A DNA stretch of 63,974 bases, filler included, from Collodictyon triciliatum (GCA_043381765.1; 10 parts of 10 records of this genome joined end to end with filler, not necessarily neighbours in it); one strand, 5' to 3'. Counted from the whole stretch's first letter, positions 38,736 through 52,420 are shown. Notes: generated by a model from the letters alone, not told the origin. A program made the numbers and translations.

Positions 38736-39228
38736 TTGAAAAAAGGAAACAGCTCCGTCATCCTGCAACAAGTCACATTCCAAAAGGATGGGAGCCTCGC
38801 ACCGTCGAAAAATGCACCGATATTTCACTCCTCGAATGCAACCCCAACCACAGCCGTCCTGAGCAACAAAGGAGAATGGCGCTCACGACGTCCCATCTCA
38901 TACGGAGCGCCGTCGCCATTTTTCTTTCGCCTGAAGAACCAAAGGCGGTCCATTACGCCCGACTCTCCGCAATTCTCGATGGCCATGGCGCACTCCAAGC
39001 TGTTTCGATATAAAATCATCAGTCCGAATCCCTACAAACCGGAGATGAGTTATTGGGCCGAAACTATAGGCATTATAGACCCGCCGATAGTCAAAAGCTG
39101 GAAGCAAGCCCGATTACCTCAGTTATTGCCGAAACACCGCGCCCTACTTCTCAATATCTCCAACAGAGAGCTGTGGATAGGTGCGCGCGTAGTCCATGCA
39201 GCAACGACCTCCCCAGAATGCACCATGT
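38736..39228 (+). mobile_element. L1/Tx1-like LINE ORF2 fragment, cut by the contig end
   Basis: About 39095-39228 is nearly identical to 60152-60285 (LLPKHRALLLNISNRELWIGARVVHAATTSPEC), which leads into a CCHC zf-RVT motif. The 5' limit is uncertain. Confidence 0.7.
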
Positions 39229-39589
39229 NNNNNNNNNNNNNNNNNNNNNNNNNNNNNNNNNNNNNNNNNNNNTTAATTAATTAANNNNNNNNNNNNNNNN
39301 NNNNNNNNNNNNNNNNNNNNNNNNNNNNCAAGAAAACAAGAAAACAAGAAAACAAGAAAACAAGAAAACAAGAAAACAAGAAAACAAGAAAACAAGAAAA
39401 CAAGAAAACAAGAAAACAAGAAAAAAATCAAAAAAATCAAAAAAATCAAAAAAATCAAAAAAAAAAGAAGCAAAAACCAGAAACCAAAAAGAAAAAAGCA
39501 AAAGACTAAAGTGCTAGCGCGAACGCGTTTTTCTTTCCAAAAAGATTTTTTTTTTAAAAAAAGAGTCTGACATATACGAAACAGTACTC

Positions 39590-41786
39590 ATGGATTTAGT
39601 TCATTCCGTGGAAAAGGCGTGGGGCAGTTTTGTGGACGCAGCAGACCCGTATGACTTTGGAGCTGTGATGCTGTGTATGTCGCAATTCACCTCTTACCCT
39701 GACCCAGCAAACCTAATATTTCATCCCAAATTCGCTAAACTATCACACTAACTCAGTATTCACAAAGAATAAAATATAATATTAATAATTACCAGTAATC
39801 TTCCTTCCTGCGAGTGCTGCCTTCTGGGCTATATCATTTCTACACTTAGTCGTCGATTTGGGCTTTGCTCCAGCCTGGTTTTCACGATACAAGATCCAAA
39901 AAAACTACAAGTGAGCGAATTTTTCTTAATGTAACTACTGAGAATCCCCGGGTATATTATTACAAGATTGTATTTTTCACTTCCATCCATACCTCTATTG
40001 CTTATATTTCGTGAAACGAAATTATAAGCGTAAAAATCGAATGATTTTGATTTGATTTGATTTTTTGAATGATTTTTTTGAATACCCTTTCCATACAAAA
40101 ATATCTTTTGGAGATGGTAAATACATATTTTGTACAAAAGACTCCTTTTTTTAATACTTTGTGTAGAGTAAGTACTCAGGAAGTCATACAATGTGCATTG
40201 AATGTGGTTATGAACCAATATATGATATGGACTCCAATTATTTACTTCTCCGGTCCTATTTTCCTTCGATGTGGACTCCATCTTTCAAAAGAGCTACCAA
40301 CTATGTAATTATACCCATTCAATTAACGGGATTCTTTCTTTCTACCCCCCTCCTCCTATGTTCATATGGCTTGCACATATTGAAACCAAAAACCATTCTT
40401 AAATAAATATTTTCGATCTTCTATGTTATGATTATTAGTTGTAAACTTTTTTATTACCATTAGCAAGGAATTAGTGTTTGACTTGCTGGCCATTTCTATA
40501 ATCGAAGAATTAGGGTTTTATTATAGTCATAGGCTATTGGTAGTTATTTATTTTTGAAAATTACAATTAAGCATATTTGTATTTAGAATCCCCTTTAAAA
40601 GGTTTCATATACATTCTAAATGCTTACTGTTGCTCACACTGATACCATAGCATTATGGCCCACTATACAAGCACATTCATAAGCAACATCATAATTTTGT
40701 TGCCCCTATTTCCATGGCTGGTACAAACAGATTGAAATAAAGCATAGCAATTTTCTTAATTCATCTTCTTAACTTGTATTAATATATTATTGTTGTTTTC
40801 TTATTCATCCATTCTGATTTACATACTTTTTTCTTATTCATACTGGTTAAAAACGAAAACATTTAAGGCCAAACTCACAGATGATTGAGAAATAAAATGA
40901 AAACATTACCAATAACGAATGCAATTTTACAATAGCTTTGTATTCTCACCCAATTGAAGGCCTTTTATCTAACTTTCTCCCGGTTGTCTTGGGTCCTTGC
41001 ATTATGGGATCACATTTATTTACGGCCCTAATATGGTTGGTTCATACTTTCCTGATAATCATCATAATGAATGATAGAATTCTGGTGACTTACCAACTTA
41101 TCAAATGATGAACGACCAGAATGCTCTTTTTTTTTTCCGGCCACCTGTAGTTTGTGTATTACAGTTCGAAAAACATATGCTATGGTCTGATATATACTTA
41201 TCAACAGGTTTACTTCCGCTTTAATTACAACTTCATGCCACCACAGTGGTTACAGATTTCCTTGGCTTCGTGGTCCACTAGACCCCATGGTACGGCATCC
41301 AATTCTGTTGGAGTACACTTATTTTTATACTACTAATTGCATCTTGTGAGCTTTGAAGTTGATTATAAAATTAATACTTAGAATACCCTCTTCCTCCCTT
41401 AAAAGCTCTGTAACCTTTTTTCGTTCACCACCAAATACACATTAAGGAAAAAAAAGCATGTAAAAGAAAAATAAGGAATGTTTTCTTCAACAATCTTTAT
41501 TAGCATCATTAATGTTATTTTTATACAACAGTTCCATGATTATCACCACCACGCGTTTAAGTATAACTATGGTGTCACTGGGATGCTTGACATGCTGCAC
41601 CAAACAAAAACGTAAATAATATTATATTTTGACTTTGACGATCTCAAGAAATCAATTATGCAGGGGGAGGGGGTTGTGTCCTCTTATGTTTTCTCAAGAT
41701 GTGACTTATTTTTAAAAATTATTAATCTTCGTAGTGGGTACGGAAACTACTTGAAAACGCACGGCCAATTCAACAAAATGGACTGA
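39590..41786 (+). CDS. Sterol desaturase / fatty acid hydroxylase superfamily protein (FAXDC2 or C4-methylsterol oxidase-like)
   Basis: Spliced exons give the His boxes FYYSHRLL|H, HIHKQHH, YSHPIE, HHSGYRFP and FHDYHHHAFKYNYG. Confidence 0.92.
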
Positions 41787-41992
41787 GTCATTTATCCAGA
41801 AAATAAGACAAATAAACCGAGACGAAAATATTGTTTATTATTTAGCAAAACTATAGTTCATTCTGGGCATTTTTATTTTATTTTTGCTGTTTTCATCGTA
41901 TATTTGATGACGATGTTGCGATTGGGTGAATCGGCGGCGCGATTGAGCCAATTTTATGGACTCAGGTTTGTTTGTCGATCAACTTTAATGCT

Positions 41993-44900
41993 CTATTGCA
42001 AGAATCTTGTCATGGGCGCGCGCTCGACCACACTCAACGACTTGTTGAGATTTTCCGTCGACTCCATAAGGTAGTTTCTTTCAACACCGAATTTGACATC
42101 AGAAGCTCCATGCTCAACTTTGTGGAAGGTGCTGGAGAATGCGTAGCTATCTGTTTTGTGGTGTATCAATATTAGATGTGTATGCATATTAAAAATCAAT
42201 CGATATGTATTTCTGTCTAAATCTGTTTGGGCTGGCGAGTGCTTAGTTACATGATAAATACGAAGTCGTTGCGATTATAGTGGGCACTCCTACAAACAGG
42301 AGATAGTACGGGACATCTGATGATGTGTGTATCGCACGCAGCATTGCACATAGCGAACCGAATGCAAGAGCAGTGCTGAGTGATATACGCTGTACCAACC
42401 ATATTGATCGTGTAAATCGGCATGAATGAACGAAAAGTACCACCAAATAGACAAAGTAAATGAACAAAATACAACTGTGTACACAACTCTCATTTCGATT
42501 CTGTCTTCGATCTTATGTCGCATTAAGTAAATATGATGAGTGGGAATATTACGAGGGATGAAATACGCTTGTCCATGTACGGCGGATAAAGAACCATTAA
42601 TCCAGAAAAAATGGAGTTAAGAACGAACAGAATGGCCGACATTGCGAGCATATTGCCTTTCAAAAAGACCGCGAATATGATGAAAATAATCTTCACTAAA
42701 ATCTCTCTGTATTTGAACAAAATGTTGAAAAGTAGTAAAATTAGCAAAGTGAATTAAATGGAAACATGTTGCATCGTGGTATATAATTGTATTTTAATTT
42801 AATTTTTTTTTTTAAAAAAAAAAACCAAATATTTAAATGCAAATATCAAGATATGGATTCGTCTGAAAGAAAAAAAAAGCTTAAATACATATGGACCTCA
42901 TGTACACAAAGTAATAGAGGAATTACATGATTTCATAAAGCTTATTGGACTTTGCCATAAGATATGGCGACGATGTTTCGTCAAATTCACCACTCAAAGG
43001 TTTGATAATGTTTGACATATATTTTTGAATTGCTTCTTTGCTAAATGAAACATCTTCAGGAACGTCTCTGCCGGGAAGAAAATATAAGTTTTTTTTTGAA
43101 AGTGATTTGTAAGAAATCAACACCCCATCCTCCTTTTTTTTTCAGACTTTTTTGAGCGACTAAGAAAATGCCATGCATAAAAAGGAGTATTCGAATGTAG
43201 CATACACGAGAGACAAGAATGGCTGATATGATTCACCATCTGATCGAGTTGCAACTAAATGTTACCTTTCATTTTCTGAGGATGCACTAAATTCCTTTTC
43301 AGGAAGAGATATCCCATGGTCAGAGAGGATGATTTTGATACAAGACAATACATAACCGACAAGAAAGAGCACAGCAATAACGATTATTGTGGTATGAGTG
43401 GCGTCCAAGCAGTCCATTTCTTCCTCCACAACAGAGCACTTAAACACTACATACACGCAATGATCGAAAATAATGTGGGCTACATCTCCATGAATTTAAA
43501 TGGAAAAAAAAAAAAGAAGAGAAGATGATACAAATACAAAATAATAATAATAAAATAGATAGGCCATATAAGCCTGTAGTCAACAACAACGATTTTGTCT
43601 CATGAATGGCTTTTGGTCCAATGAATTAATCAGACTAATTCAGCTTTAATACTTCATAGAGCAAAAGAAAAAAGAAAAAAGAAAAAAGAAAAAAAGAAAA
43701 AAAGAAAAAAAAAGGAAAAAAAGAAAAAAAGAAAAAAAAGAAAAAAAAGAAAAAAAAGAAAAAAAAGAAAAAAAAGAAAAAAAAGAAAAAAAAGAAAAAA
43801 AAGAAAAAAAAGAAAAAAAGAAACCTTTGAAACTCTGTGTAACCACAGGAACAAACATAGGTCCAGTTGAGATATAGCTTAAGAGAAACAGGAAAACTGC
43901 TATGAAATGCCAAGTGTAACCCTCACCAACTAAGAAAGAGATAAGAGAAGAGATGGAGAAAAAAATGGCATATTATAGACTGCAAATGATTAAAATTTGG
44001 AATAGCAGTGATGAATTTAATGACGTAAATAAAGGCACGTGTAATAATGTATTTACTTGTCCCACTGCTTCTCGCGCGAATAGAATTCACAGAACCGAAA
44101 AAACATAGCACGACGACAAGGCAAAATAAGACTATGGTGTTGTAAATCCAGAATGATGCTTGCACAGAGAGCTAATTTTTAAGCAGGTTATTTCAAAGAT
44201 ATTAAGCACTTCTCATTTTAAAAGTAATATGCATAGACGCTGGAATTACAAGTATATAGGAGCACCCCGAAATAANNNNNNNNNNNNNNNNNNNNNNNNN
44301 NNNNNNNNNNNNNNNNNNNNNNNNNNNNNNNNNNNNNNNNNNNNNNNNNNNNNNNNNNNNNNNNNNNNNNNNNNNNNNNNNNNNNNNNNNNNNNNNNNNN
44401 NNNNNNNNNNNNNNNNNNNNNNNNNNNNNNNNNNNNNNNNNNNNNNNNNNNNNNNNNNNNNNNNNNNNNNNNNNNNNNNNNNNNNNNNNNNNNNNNNNNN
44501 NNNNNNNNNNNNNNNNNNNNNNNNNNNNNNNNNNNNNNNNNNNNNNNNNNNNNNNNNNNNNNNNNNNNNNNNNNNNNNNNNNNNNNNNNNNNNNNNNNNN
44601 NNNNNNNNNNNNNNNNNNNNNNNNNNNNNNNNNNNNNNNNNNNNNNNNNNNNNNNNNNNNNNNNNNNNNNNNNNNNNNNNNNNNNNNNNNNNNNNNNNNN
44701 NNNNNNNNNNNNNNNNNNNNNNNNNNNNNNNNNNNNNNNNNNNNNNNNNNNNNNNNNNNNNNNNNNNNNNNNNNNNNNNNNNNNNNNNNNNNNNNNNNNN
44801 NNNNNNNNNNNNNNNNNNNNNNNNNNNNNNNNNNNNNNNNNNNNNNNNNNNNNNNNNNNNNNNNNNNNNNNNNNNNNNNNNNNNNNNNNNNNNNNNNNAG

Positions 44901-45290
44901 AAGAAAAAGAAGATTTAGCCAAAAGTGAGCAAACATATATACGTATAAAATATGGACAAAAAGATACACAAGAAACAAACAAAAGATAAAATGTATGAAT
45001 GAAATTAAATGATATTTTATCACTTGCCAACACAATCGGTATTTTTAATCCAGTCTTCTACTTTATCCTGCAGATTTCAAAGAATTTAATGAAAATATAC
45101 AACCAAAGGAAATAAGGGAGAAAAAGAAACTATTTCATTCATTCTGTTTATCATCATTGTAGTTTATTTCCTTAAATAAATGGAACTGTACTCGAAGTTC
45201 TAGAACGTCCGAAGTAGATAAATACTCTGGAAAACTTCCTTGCTTTTCTGCATTAACGTGTTCGATATATGCCTTAAGTTCAGCTATCCA
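41993..45290 (-). CDS. 3' part of an unknown multi-pass membrane protein gene, interrupted by a gap
   Basis: Hydrophobic exon-like frames bounded by GT/AG (FKCSVVEEEMDCLDATH.., ILVKIIFIIFAVFL..YPPY, TALAFGSLCA..). Full exon structure not resolved. Confidence 0.55.
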
Positions 45291-46375
45291 CAAGTTAGTG
45301 TTAATACACAAATAAATATGGAAATATGAATAAATAAAATGTACAAAGAGGACACTCAAAGAAAAAGGAGGCAAGGATACATGGGAAGACGTGATATTGT
45401 ATCAGGGGCAAAGATGACATATTGCACAGGCATTCTTTCAGTTTATTTAGCATGCATAAAAAATTACATGTCAGATATATAATGGCCTGCCGGAGTTTGT
45501 CGAAGGAATGAAGAATAGGAGACTTCAGCCATTCATTGATAATTATCTATATTGAAAACATGATGTCGATACAAATTCATAAGAGCTAATTAACTGTGAG
45601 AAGCATGCCAAAATCTTCACACATTGTACAAGTTGAAAGGAATAGGAAAAAAAAGAAAAAAAAGAAAAAAAAGAAAAAAAAGAAAAAAAAGAAAAAAAAG
45701 AAAAAAAAGAAAAAAAAGAAAAAAAAGAAAAAAAAGAAAAAAAGAAANNNNNNNNNNNNNNNNNNNNNNNNNNNNNNNNNNNNNNNNNNNNTTAATTAAT
45801 TAANNNNNNNNNNNNNNNNNNNNNNNNNNNNNNNNNNNNNNNNNNNNAAGTTGAATTGTGTTAAAAAAAAAAAAAAAGGATATTTGGCTTATCTTCAGCA
45901 ATTGGTGGCTGTATCAAGTTTCTGTCATTCGGCTGCGAACCCGCTCGGATCTCTACTCGCTGTTTTGGATCGGACGAGACTTGCTTAGGATATCTCTCTG
46001 GATTGCAGTCGATTAACCCATACGAAGGCGTAAGAGTTTCAAATTAGCTTTGGCCTGTGAGGAACAGTTCCAATGTTATTTCTAATTATGGAATATATCC
46101 TTCATGTGTTATGATAGCATCCTTTCTCCATCAAAATGTTTCTTTTGCACAAATTGATTAGCTGTTACAATATACTATTTGTAATATGAGAAACATAGTG
46201 AGCAAAAACAAAGTGAGTCCGTAATGTTTTCGTATTGTAGCGATCTGGCTTCCAATCAACAGGACATGAATCTGAATCTCAATCGAATGTGAATTTGTGT
46301 CGTCGTTCAAAGCCGCTGAAGAGTCCATTGTTGCTCTCCTTTCACCGCCCCCTTCGTACTACTAGACTCCGAACC

Positions 46376-47277
46376 ATGGGTTTTGAGAAGCAAGTCCATT
46401 CTGCCGGGAGCGGCCCGAAGCCTACCCGTGGCCAAACAGTCACTGTGCACTGCACTGGTATCGTCACCAGCACCGGGAAGAAGTTCTGGAGGTGATCAGG
46501 AATAAAGCTGCTCCTTTGCAAAAGCGCATTTCTCTCTCTCTTTCTCTTCTTTCTCTTTCTCTATTCGCATTCTATCGAAAAGGGTGATCAATATCCTGAT
46601 ATATCTTTCTCTTCTGTACTCCAGCACGAAGGATCCGGGCCAAACCACCTTCAGCTTCAAAATCGGTCTCGGCCAAGTCATCCGAGGTACGACCCACGCT
46701 CCTCACACACAGAGACCTCATTAATGTCTTTTTTATTTTATTATTATTTCTCATATACTATGAATACTCTCATAAATTTGTATTATTTACTGGCAGCTTC
46801 TTGTTACTTGTCTAAGAATGATGAATAAAACCTAAAACTCAAACTAACAAAACTAGACAGAAAAAAAAAAAGAAAAAGAAAGGAAAAGCTGTTGAACGAC
46901 TCATTCATAGCTCTCACTCATCCGAACGCATGCATCGAAAATATAACCAACATCAAACCGCTCATCAGCATTAACAATTGCTCATAGGATGGGATGAAGG
47001 CGTGGCCACAATGCAAGTTGGTGAGAGCGCCCAATTCGTCATGAGCCCGGATTACGCCTACGGAGATGGCGGCTTCCCTGCTTGGGGGTTGGGCCTTCCC
47101 TCACACAACGCTGTTTAACATACCGCCCAACCCATCTGCGCCTTAGATAGAAAACCCTCGCTCCGTCCTTCAATCTTTTTGATAAAACACAACATCATCC
47201 AAACTAACTCCCAACCACATAGAATCCCACCGAGGGCGCAGCTGACCTTTGAAATCGAGCTTCTCTCTGCAAAGTAG
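46376..47277 (+). CDS. FKBP12: FKBP12 peptidyl-prolyl isomerase, plant-type; 4 exons
   Basis: MGFEKQVHSAGSGPKPTRGQTVTVHCTG..KFWSTKDPGQTTFSFKIGLGQVIRGWDEGV..DYAYGDGGFPAWGIPPRAQLTFEIELLSAK*. Confidence 0.96.
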
Positions 47278-47528
47278 GCTGCCTATGTCATCGCATGCAT
47301 CTATGCAGATTGCTTGGATGAGAGAATGGCCGACTGGCACGATGAGAAAAAGATGATATGAAGGCACAACACATACAACTAGTTTCTCTGTCGCCAACAA
47401 GAGGCAAATACGATTCTTGCATTTTGCTCAAAAGAAGCAAGTATCTCTGCCTTTCCTGTCATCTTTCCTCTGTGGACAGGTTCTTTCACAGCCTGCTTAG
47501 CGAATAAACAATCGCGCGTTAAGATAGC

Positions 47529-47640
<112 letters not shown>

Positions 47641-48385
47641 TATTACTAAAAGTTCACTTTTATTTGTAAATCGATTCGTCCTCCTCTGATCAGCCTTGCC
47701 CGTCATGTAATAAGAAAATGTACTTGTGTATAGCGAGGCCTGAAAAACAATAAAAATATAAAGTGAAAGCCAATATACGCAGACCAAAAAAAAAAAAAAG
47801 GCATAGCCCTCATGAGATTCACATTCCCAACAAAAATGACGACGATCCTGGGGTATATGTTCAGATGAACGAGAGTGCTTCTTTACTTTTTTCTTTTTAC
47901 TTTTCGTCCCTCCTCCTTCTCTTAGTTCANNNNNNNNNNNNNNNNNNNNNNNNNNNNNNNNNNNNNNNNNNNNNNNNNNNNNNNNNNNNNNNNNNNNNNN
48001 NNNNNNNNNNNNNNNNNNNNNNNNNNNNNNNNNNNNNNNNNNNNNNNNNNNNNNNNNNNNNNNNNNNNNNNNNNNNNNNNNNNNNNNNNNNNNNNNNNNN
48101 NNNNNNNNNNNNNNNNNNNNNNNNNNNNNNNNNNNNNNNNNNNNNNNNNNNNNNNNNNNNNNNNNNNNNNNNNNNNNNNNNNNNNNNNNNNNNNNNNNNN
48201 NNNNNNNNNNNNNNNNNNNNNNNNNNNNNNNNNNNNNNNNNNNNNNNNNNNNNNNNNNNNNNNNNNNNNNNNNNNNNNNNNNNNNNNNNNNNNNNNNNNN
48301 NNNNNNNNNNNNNNNNNNNNNNNNNNNNNNNNNNNNNNNNNNNNNNNNNNNNNNNNNNNNNNNNNNNNNNNNNNNNNNNNNNNNN

Positions 48386-49427
48386 GACATATTTGCATCT
48401 CAAGACGAAGGCAGCGCCGGGGAGATAAATCCAAGAGGACTAAGAAACGCAATGAGTCTGGCTCACTCACAAAAACAAACAAACCTTTTATGCGTACATG
48501 AGTTCTAGCTTTTATTATGAATTATATTTTACACTATTTTCTTTGAAATTTACCTCTTTAATATCCAAAGATATTGGCGACCAAAACATAAAGTATATGT
48601 TTTTAGTCCAATCATGAGGAGTCGATGTGTTTTATTCCTTTTCTTTTAAATAAAATAATATTTTTTTTGGTGATATAGGAGGGATTAAATATAATTATGT
48701 ATGTATACATATAAACTATCTTATTGATAATTCCAAAAAAAAAAAAAGGCCAACTGGGACAAAAAATCTCATTAAATGACGCCAGAATACTAATGAGTCA
48801 AGTACAAACATCCAAGGTTGGTGTTGTAAATCTTGACGAATTTATCAAGGTAATGGTCCTGGCACAAATAATTTCGGTCTTTTATAATTAATTTTTTAAG
48901 CCTCTATATGAAAATTATTTTTTTCTTAAGCCTCTATATTTTCTATCGTAATATATATCTAATTTAACAAATTTCATACACGGAGATTGTACAACAACAT
49001 GTGAAAAGTGAAATTGATGAAGCAGAGGCTAGCCACATATTTCACGTAAGATGTAATTTTGTATTTTGTATAGTGGTTATTTGACAAGGAAACAAGAACC
49101 CAATGGCCGACTTTATCCTCATAAACATCAAAATTTAGGTACTCGATAAAGGAAATACAGGTTCATTATCAAAAATCGACATTAAGAGAGTATTGGACTC
49201 CGTTGGGTACCAAGTAAGCGATGAAATCAAGAGACTCTGGGGTTCTTGTAAATAAGAGAAATTGACGAGATAAACACCCTTTATTTAATTACCTATATAA
49301 TTGTTATCAGCTGACTGAAGGAGAAATCGAATTAATGATGTGCTATGTCCTTGGTGTCGATGGACCAATAACCAACGAACGGATTCCACTCAAAGATTTT
49401 CTGAAACTAACCAAATCTTCGTCATAG
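48386..49427 (+). CDS. Divergent calmodulin/centrin-like four-EF-hand protein; 5' end lies in or beyond a gap
   Basis: Five short exons missed by the ORF track: DIFASQDEGSAGEINPRGLRNAM|SQLGQ..VNLDEFIK|..EASHIFH|VLDKGNTGSLSKIDIKRVLDSVGYQ|LTEGEIELMM..IPLKDFLKL. Confidence 0.75.
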
Positions 49428-49799
49428 GTATATTCTCGCTATCACTAAATAACAACCACATGAAATGATTTAGCTATCCTAAAATTACGTACACGTGATA
49501 CTATATTTCATCTCAATAAATTGAAACAAACGATTTGCTGAAATTTAATCATAGCTACGTAGTTATATATATATATTGATCTTTCCCCTATTTATTTAAA
49601 TAAAGAAAAAAATGGACATCGCTATAACGTGCCCAAGATTATCCCAATGCAACATGACGGGCTCCAAATATTGACCTAGCAGATACAAAAGCTGATACGA
49701 AGTTAAATACGAATTTCATAGTATCTTTCACACACGGGCACAATAGCCAACAGATCTGTTATATAGGCTATTATAAACTTTAATCGTATTAAGGAAGAA

Positions 49800-50095
49800 A
49801 AAAATATATGCCATCATTTTTTTCCTTTATTCGATTCAAAGTGCAGCGAGGTTATGCCATACAAAGGGGCGGGATGGGAGCGCATGGTAGAGAGCAAACA
49901 CGAGTAGGAGAAGACACTACCGTGGAGAGGCTAGCACTGGAAAGAAATCAGTGATAGCGAGCTGGTCAGGCGGGCGTCCCAACTGGTTGATTGGTTGCGT
50001 GGGTAGCAGGGGTTGGATATGCTGTGGGAGATATATCACGACGCATTCCTACATCTCTCTTCGCTTGCGGTCAGAGTAAAAATATATGCCATCAT
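49800..50095 (-). mobile_element. 260-nt 5'-truncated retroposon with perfect 18-bp TSD
   Basis: AAAAATATATGCCATCAT at 49800-49817 and 50078-50095; AATAAA plus oligo-A on the minus strand; closely matches 62472-62742. Confidence 0.95.
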
Positions 50096-50710
50096 AAACT
50101 AAATAAACTAAAAAAAAACACACACACAAAAAACCCTCATTTCTATCGCAGAATCGAACCGCCTAAATTTTCATATTTTCTCGTATTGCCTGCATCGGCA
50201 AATAATGGGCGGGTTCAGAAGCCACGAAACAAATGAAGCCGAACGCTGCACACAAATCAAAAGCAACCACACAACAAGAATGCTCCAGCCAGATCGCGCA
50301 AGAATGCCGACAAAAAGACAGAAGAAGAAGAAGAAAAAAATAATCCCCTCCCACTTTGTCTTGGGAGTCGCATCGGAACCATCCAGCGTCCGAGGATTCA
50401 TCAATCTCCTGCGCCTTTCTTTTCTTTTCCTCGTCCATTTGCGTTGTCCCGCTACACTGAATCAAACTTATTCCTTTTCCATTCCCCACCAAAATTCTCA
50501 CCCTGCGGCGTTTGACCCCATAAGTAATGAATCAGACACACCCAAAACCTGTGACTAATCCTTCTGAATAAGACAAATATAGAAAGAAAACTCTGCTCTC
50601 TCGCGACATGAAGGTGGCTCAAAAGTCCATGGCATTGTCCTTCCTCAAATAACGATAACAACAATTATGATAATGTTGATAATGATAATGATAATGATAA
50701 TGATAATGAT

Positions 50711-50733
50711 TTTTTTTTCCTTTATTCGATTCA
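50711..50733 (-). mobile_element. Retroposon stub of about 23 nt inside an (ATGATA)n microsatellite
   Basis: TTTTTTTTCCTTTATTCGATTCA exactly matches the family end; ATGATAATGATAATGAT lies on both sides. Confidence 0.8.
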
Positions 50734-51118
50734 ATGATAATGATAATGATAATAATAATGATAATAATAATGATAATAATAATGATAATAATAATGATAA
50801 TAATAATGATAATAATAATAATAATAATAATAATAATANNNNNNNNNNNNNNNNTAATAATAATGATAAAGATAGTGATGAATAAATCAATACGTGATAA
50901 ACCGAGGCAGGAGAAGTATCCAGTGTATACACTTTTCTGGAGCTACAAAACTCAAATCATGAAGCACAGAATCGCCCAGGTTCTTTGTCTTTTTTTTTCT
51001 TCACACTTTTTCCCCCACCTCGACTCCCTTGCCCTACAGAACAAAGCACTTTTGCCAGCTTCGATCTCTGCCACATCGACCAGACACTGGGCTCAACCCA
51101 CACAAAGTGAGGCAAAGT

Positions 51119-51991
51119 ATGGATCGTTCCTGGCAGACAAAACTCGCGTCTATTGTGCTACTGTGTTCCTTTGCAAGGGCGTTTTATCTGCCTGGGGTGA
51201 CTCCCATCGACTATCCAAAGGATGCCAAAGTTGATCTCAAAGTCAACAAAATGACGTCTGTGATCACGCAGCTGCCCTATGAGTATTACTCTCTGCCTTT
51301 CTGCAAACCCTCGTCGGTGATATCCCAGGTCGAGAACCTTGGTGAGGTACTCAGTGGAGATCGTATCGAGACTTCAAAATACGAGGTACTATGATACTTT
51401 CAGCGTACACACGAAATATATATATATATATAAACGATAAATCTACTTATCATTTGCTTTTTATACCCCATGTTTTGTATTCTTGATTTTGCTATTGGTT
51501 ATAGCTCCATTAAACATTTAGCTTATACTCTATTTCTTTTTTTTTTTAATACCTACATCCTAATATTTATTTATATACCTTCTATTCCTGTTTAAACATA
51601 AGATGAATATTCAGAAAGAGCCCTGATCACCTTCGCTTATTCTTGTCTCAATAAAATGTGTAGATCTTTATGATGGCACAAGAATCGTGCAAGATTTTAT
51701 GTACTAGAAAGTATTTTGAGAAGCAAATATCTCGCTTCAATCAGCGAATCAAGGAGCAATACAAAATCAATTGGTTCTTTCCTTACGTTTTATCTTTAAG
51801 TTTCTTTGCGGATTTTCTACAGACGATAAAAGCTCCTGACGTATATATTCATATAAATCATAAATCATAGGATCCTTGACGGCCTTCCGGCTGCCGTGCC
51901 TAAAATTTTAAAGGATTTGAAAACAAACAAGATATTAAAATCATACGAGACTGGATTTCCCATCGGGTTTATTGGACGTAAAGGACTAGGG
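51119..51991 (+). CDS. Transmembrane 9 superfamily (EMP70/TM9SF2/4-like) N-terminus, 3'-truncated
   Basis: AFYLPGVTPIDY..VDLKVNKMTS..TQLPYEYYSLPFC..ENLGEVLSGDRIE, then NWILDGLPAA and GFPIGF. Confidence 0.95.
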
Positions 51992-52362
51992 GTAGGCAGT
52001 TCTTCTTAGCGACAACATTGTATCAAGAGAGAAAACAAACAAACAAAGAAACAAACAAACAAAGAAACAAACAAACAACTTAAAGTCCACGTTATTCAAT
52101 CTTTAACCATGCTGATAATTAACACGCTTGTGAAATGACATATGCGTCTCCATTTTAAGAAGACGAAAATTCAAACAAATTAAAAAAAAAAAAAACAAAA
52201 AAAAACAAAAAAAAAAAAAAAAAAAAACAAAAAAAATCGAAAGATATATTACAACCAACAAANNNNNNNNNNNNNNNNNNNNNNNNNNNNNNNNNNNNNN
52301 NNNNNNTTAATTAATTAANNNNNNNNNNNNNNNNNNNNNNNNNNNNNNNNNNNNNNNNNNNN

Positions 52363-52420
<58 letters not shown>

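Noticed and set aside
50163-50664. Small spliced gene on the minus strand
   Set aside because: Exon-like GC content, but no consistent frame or recognisable motif.
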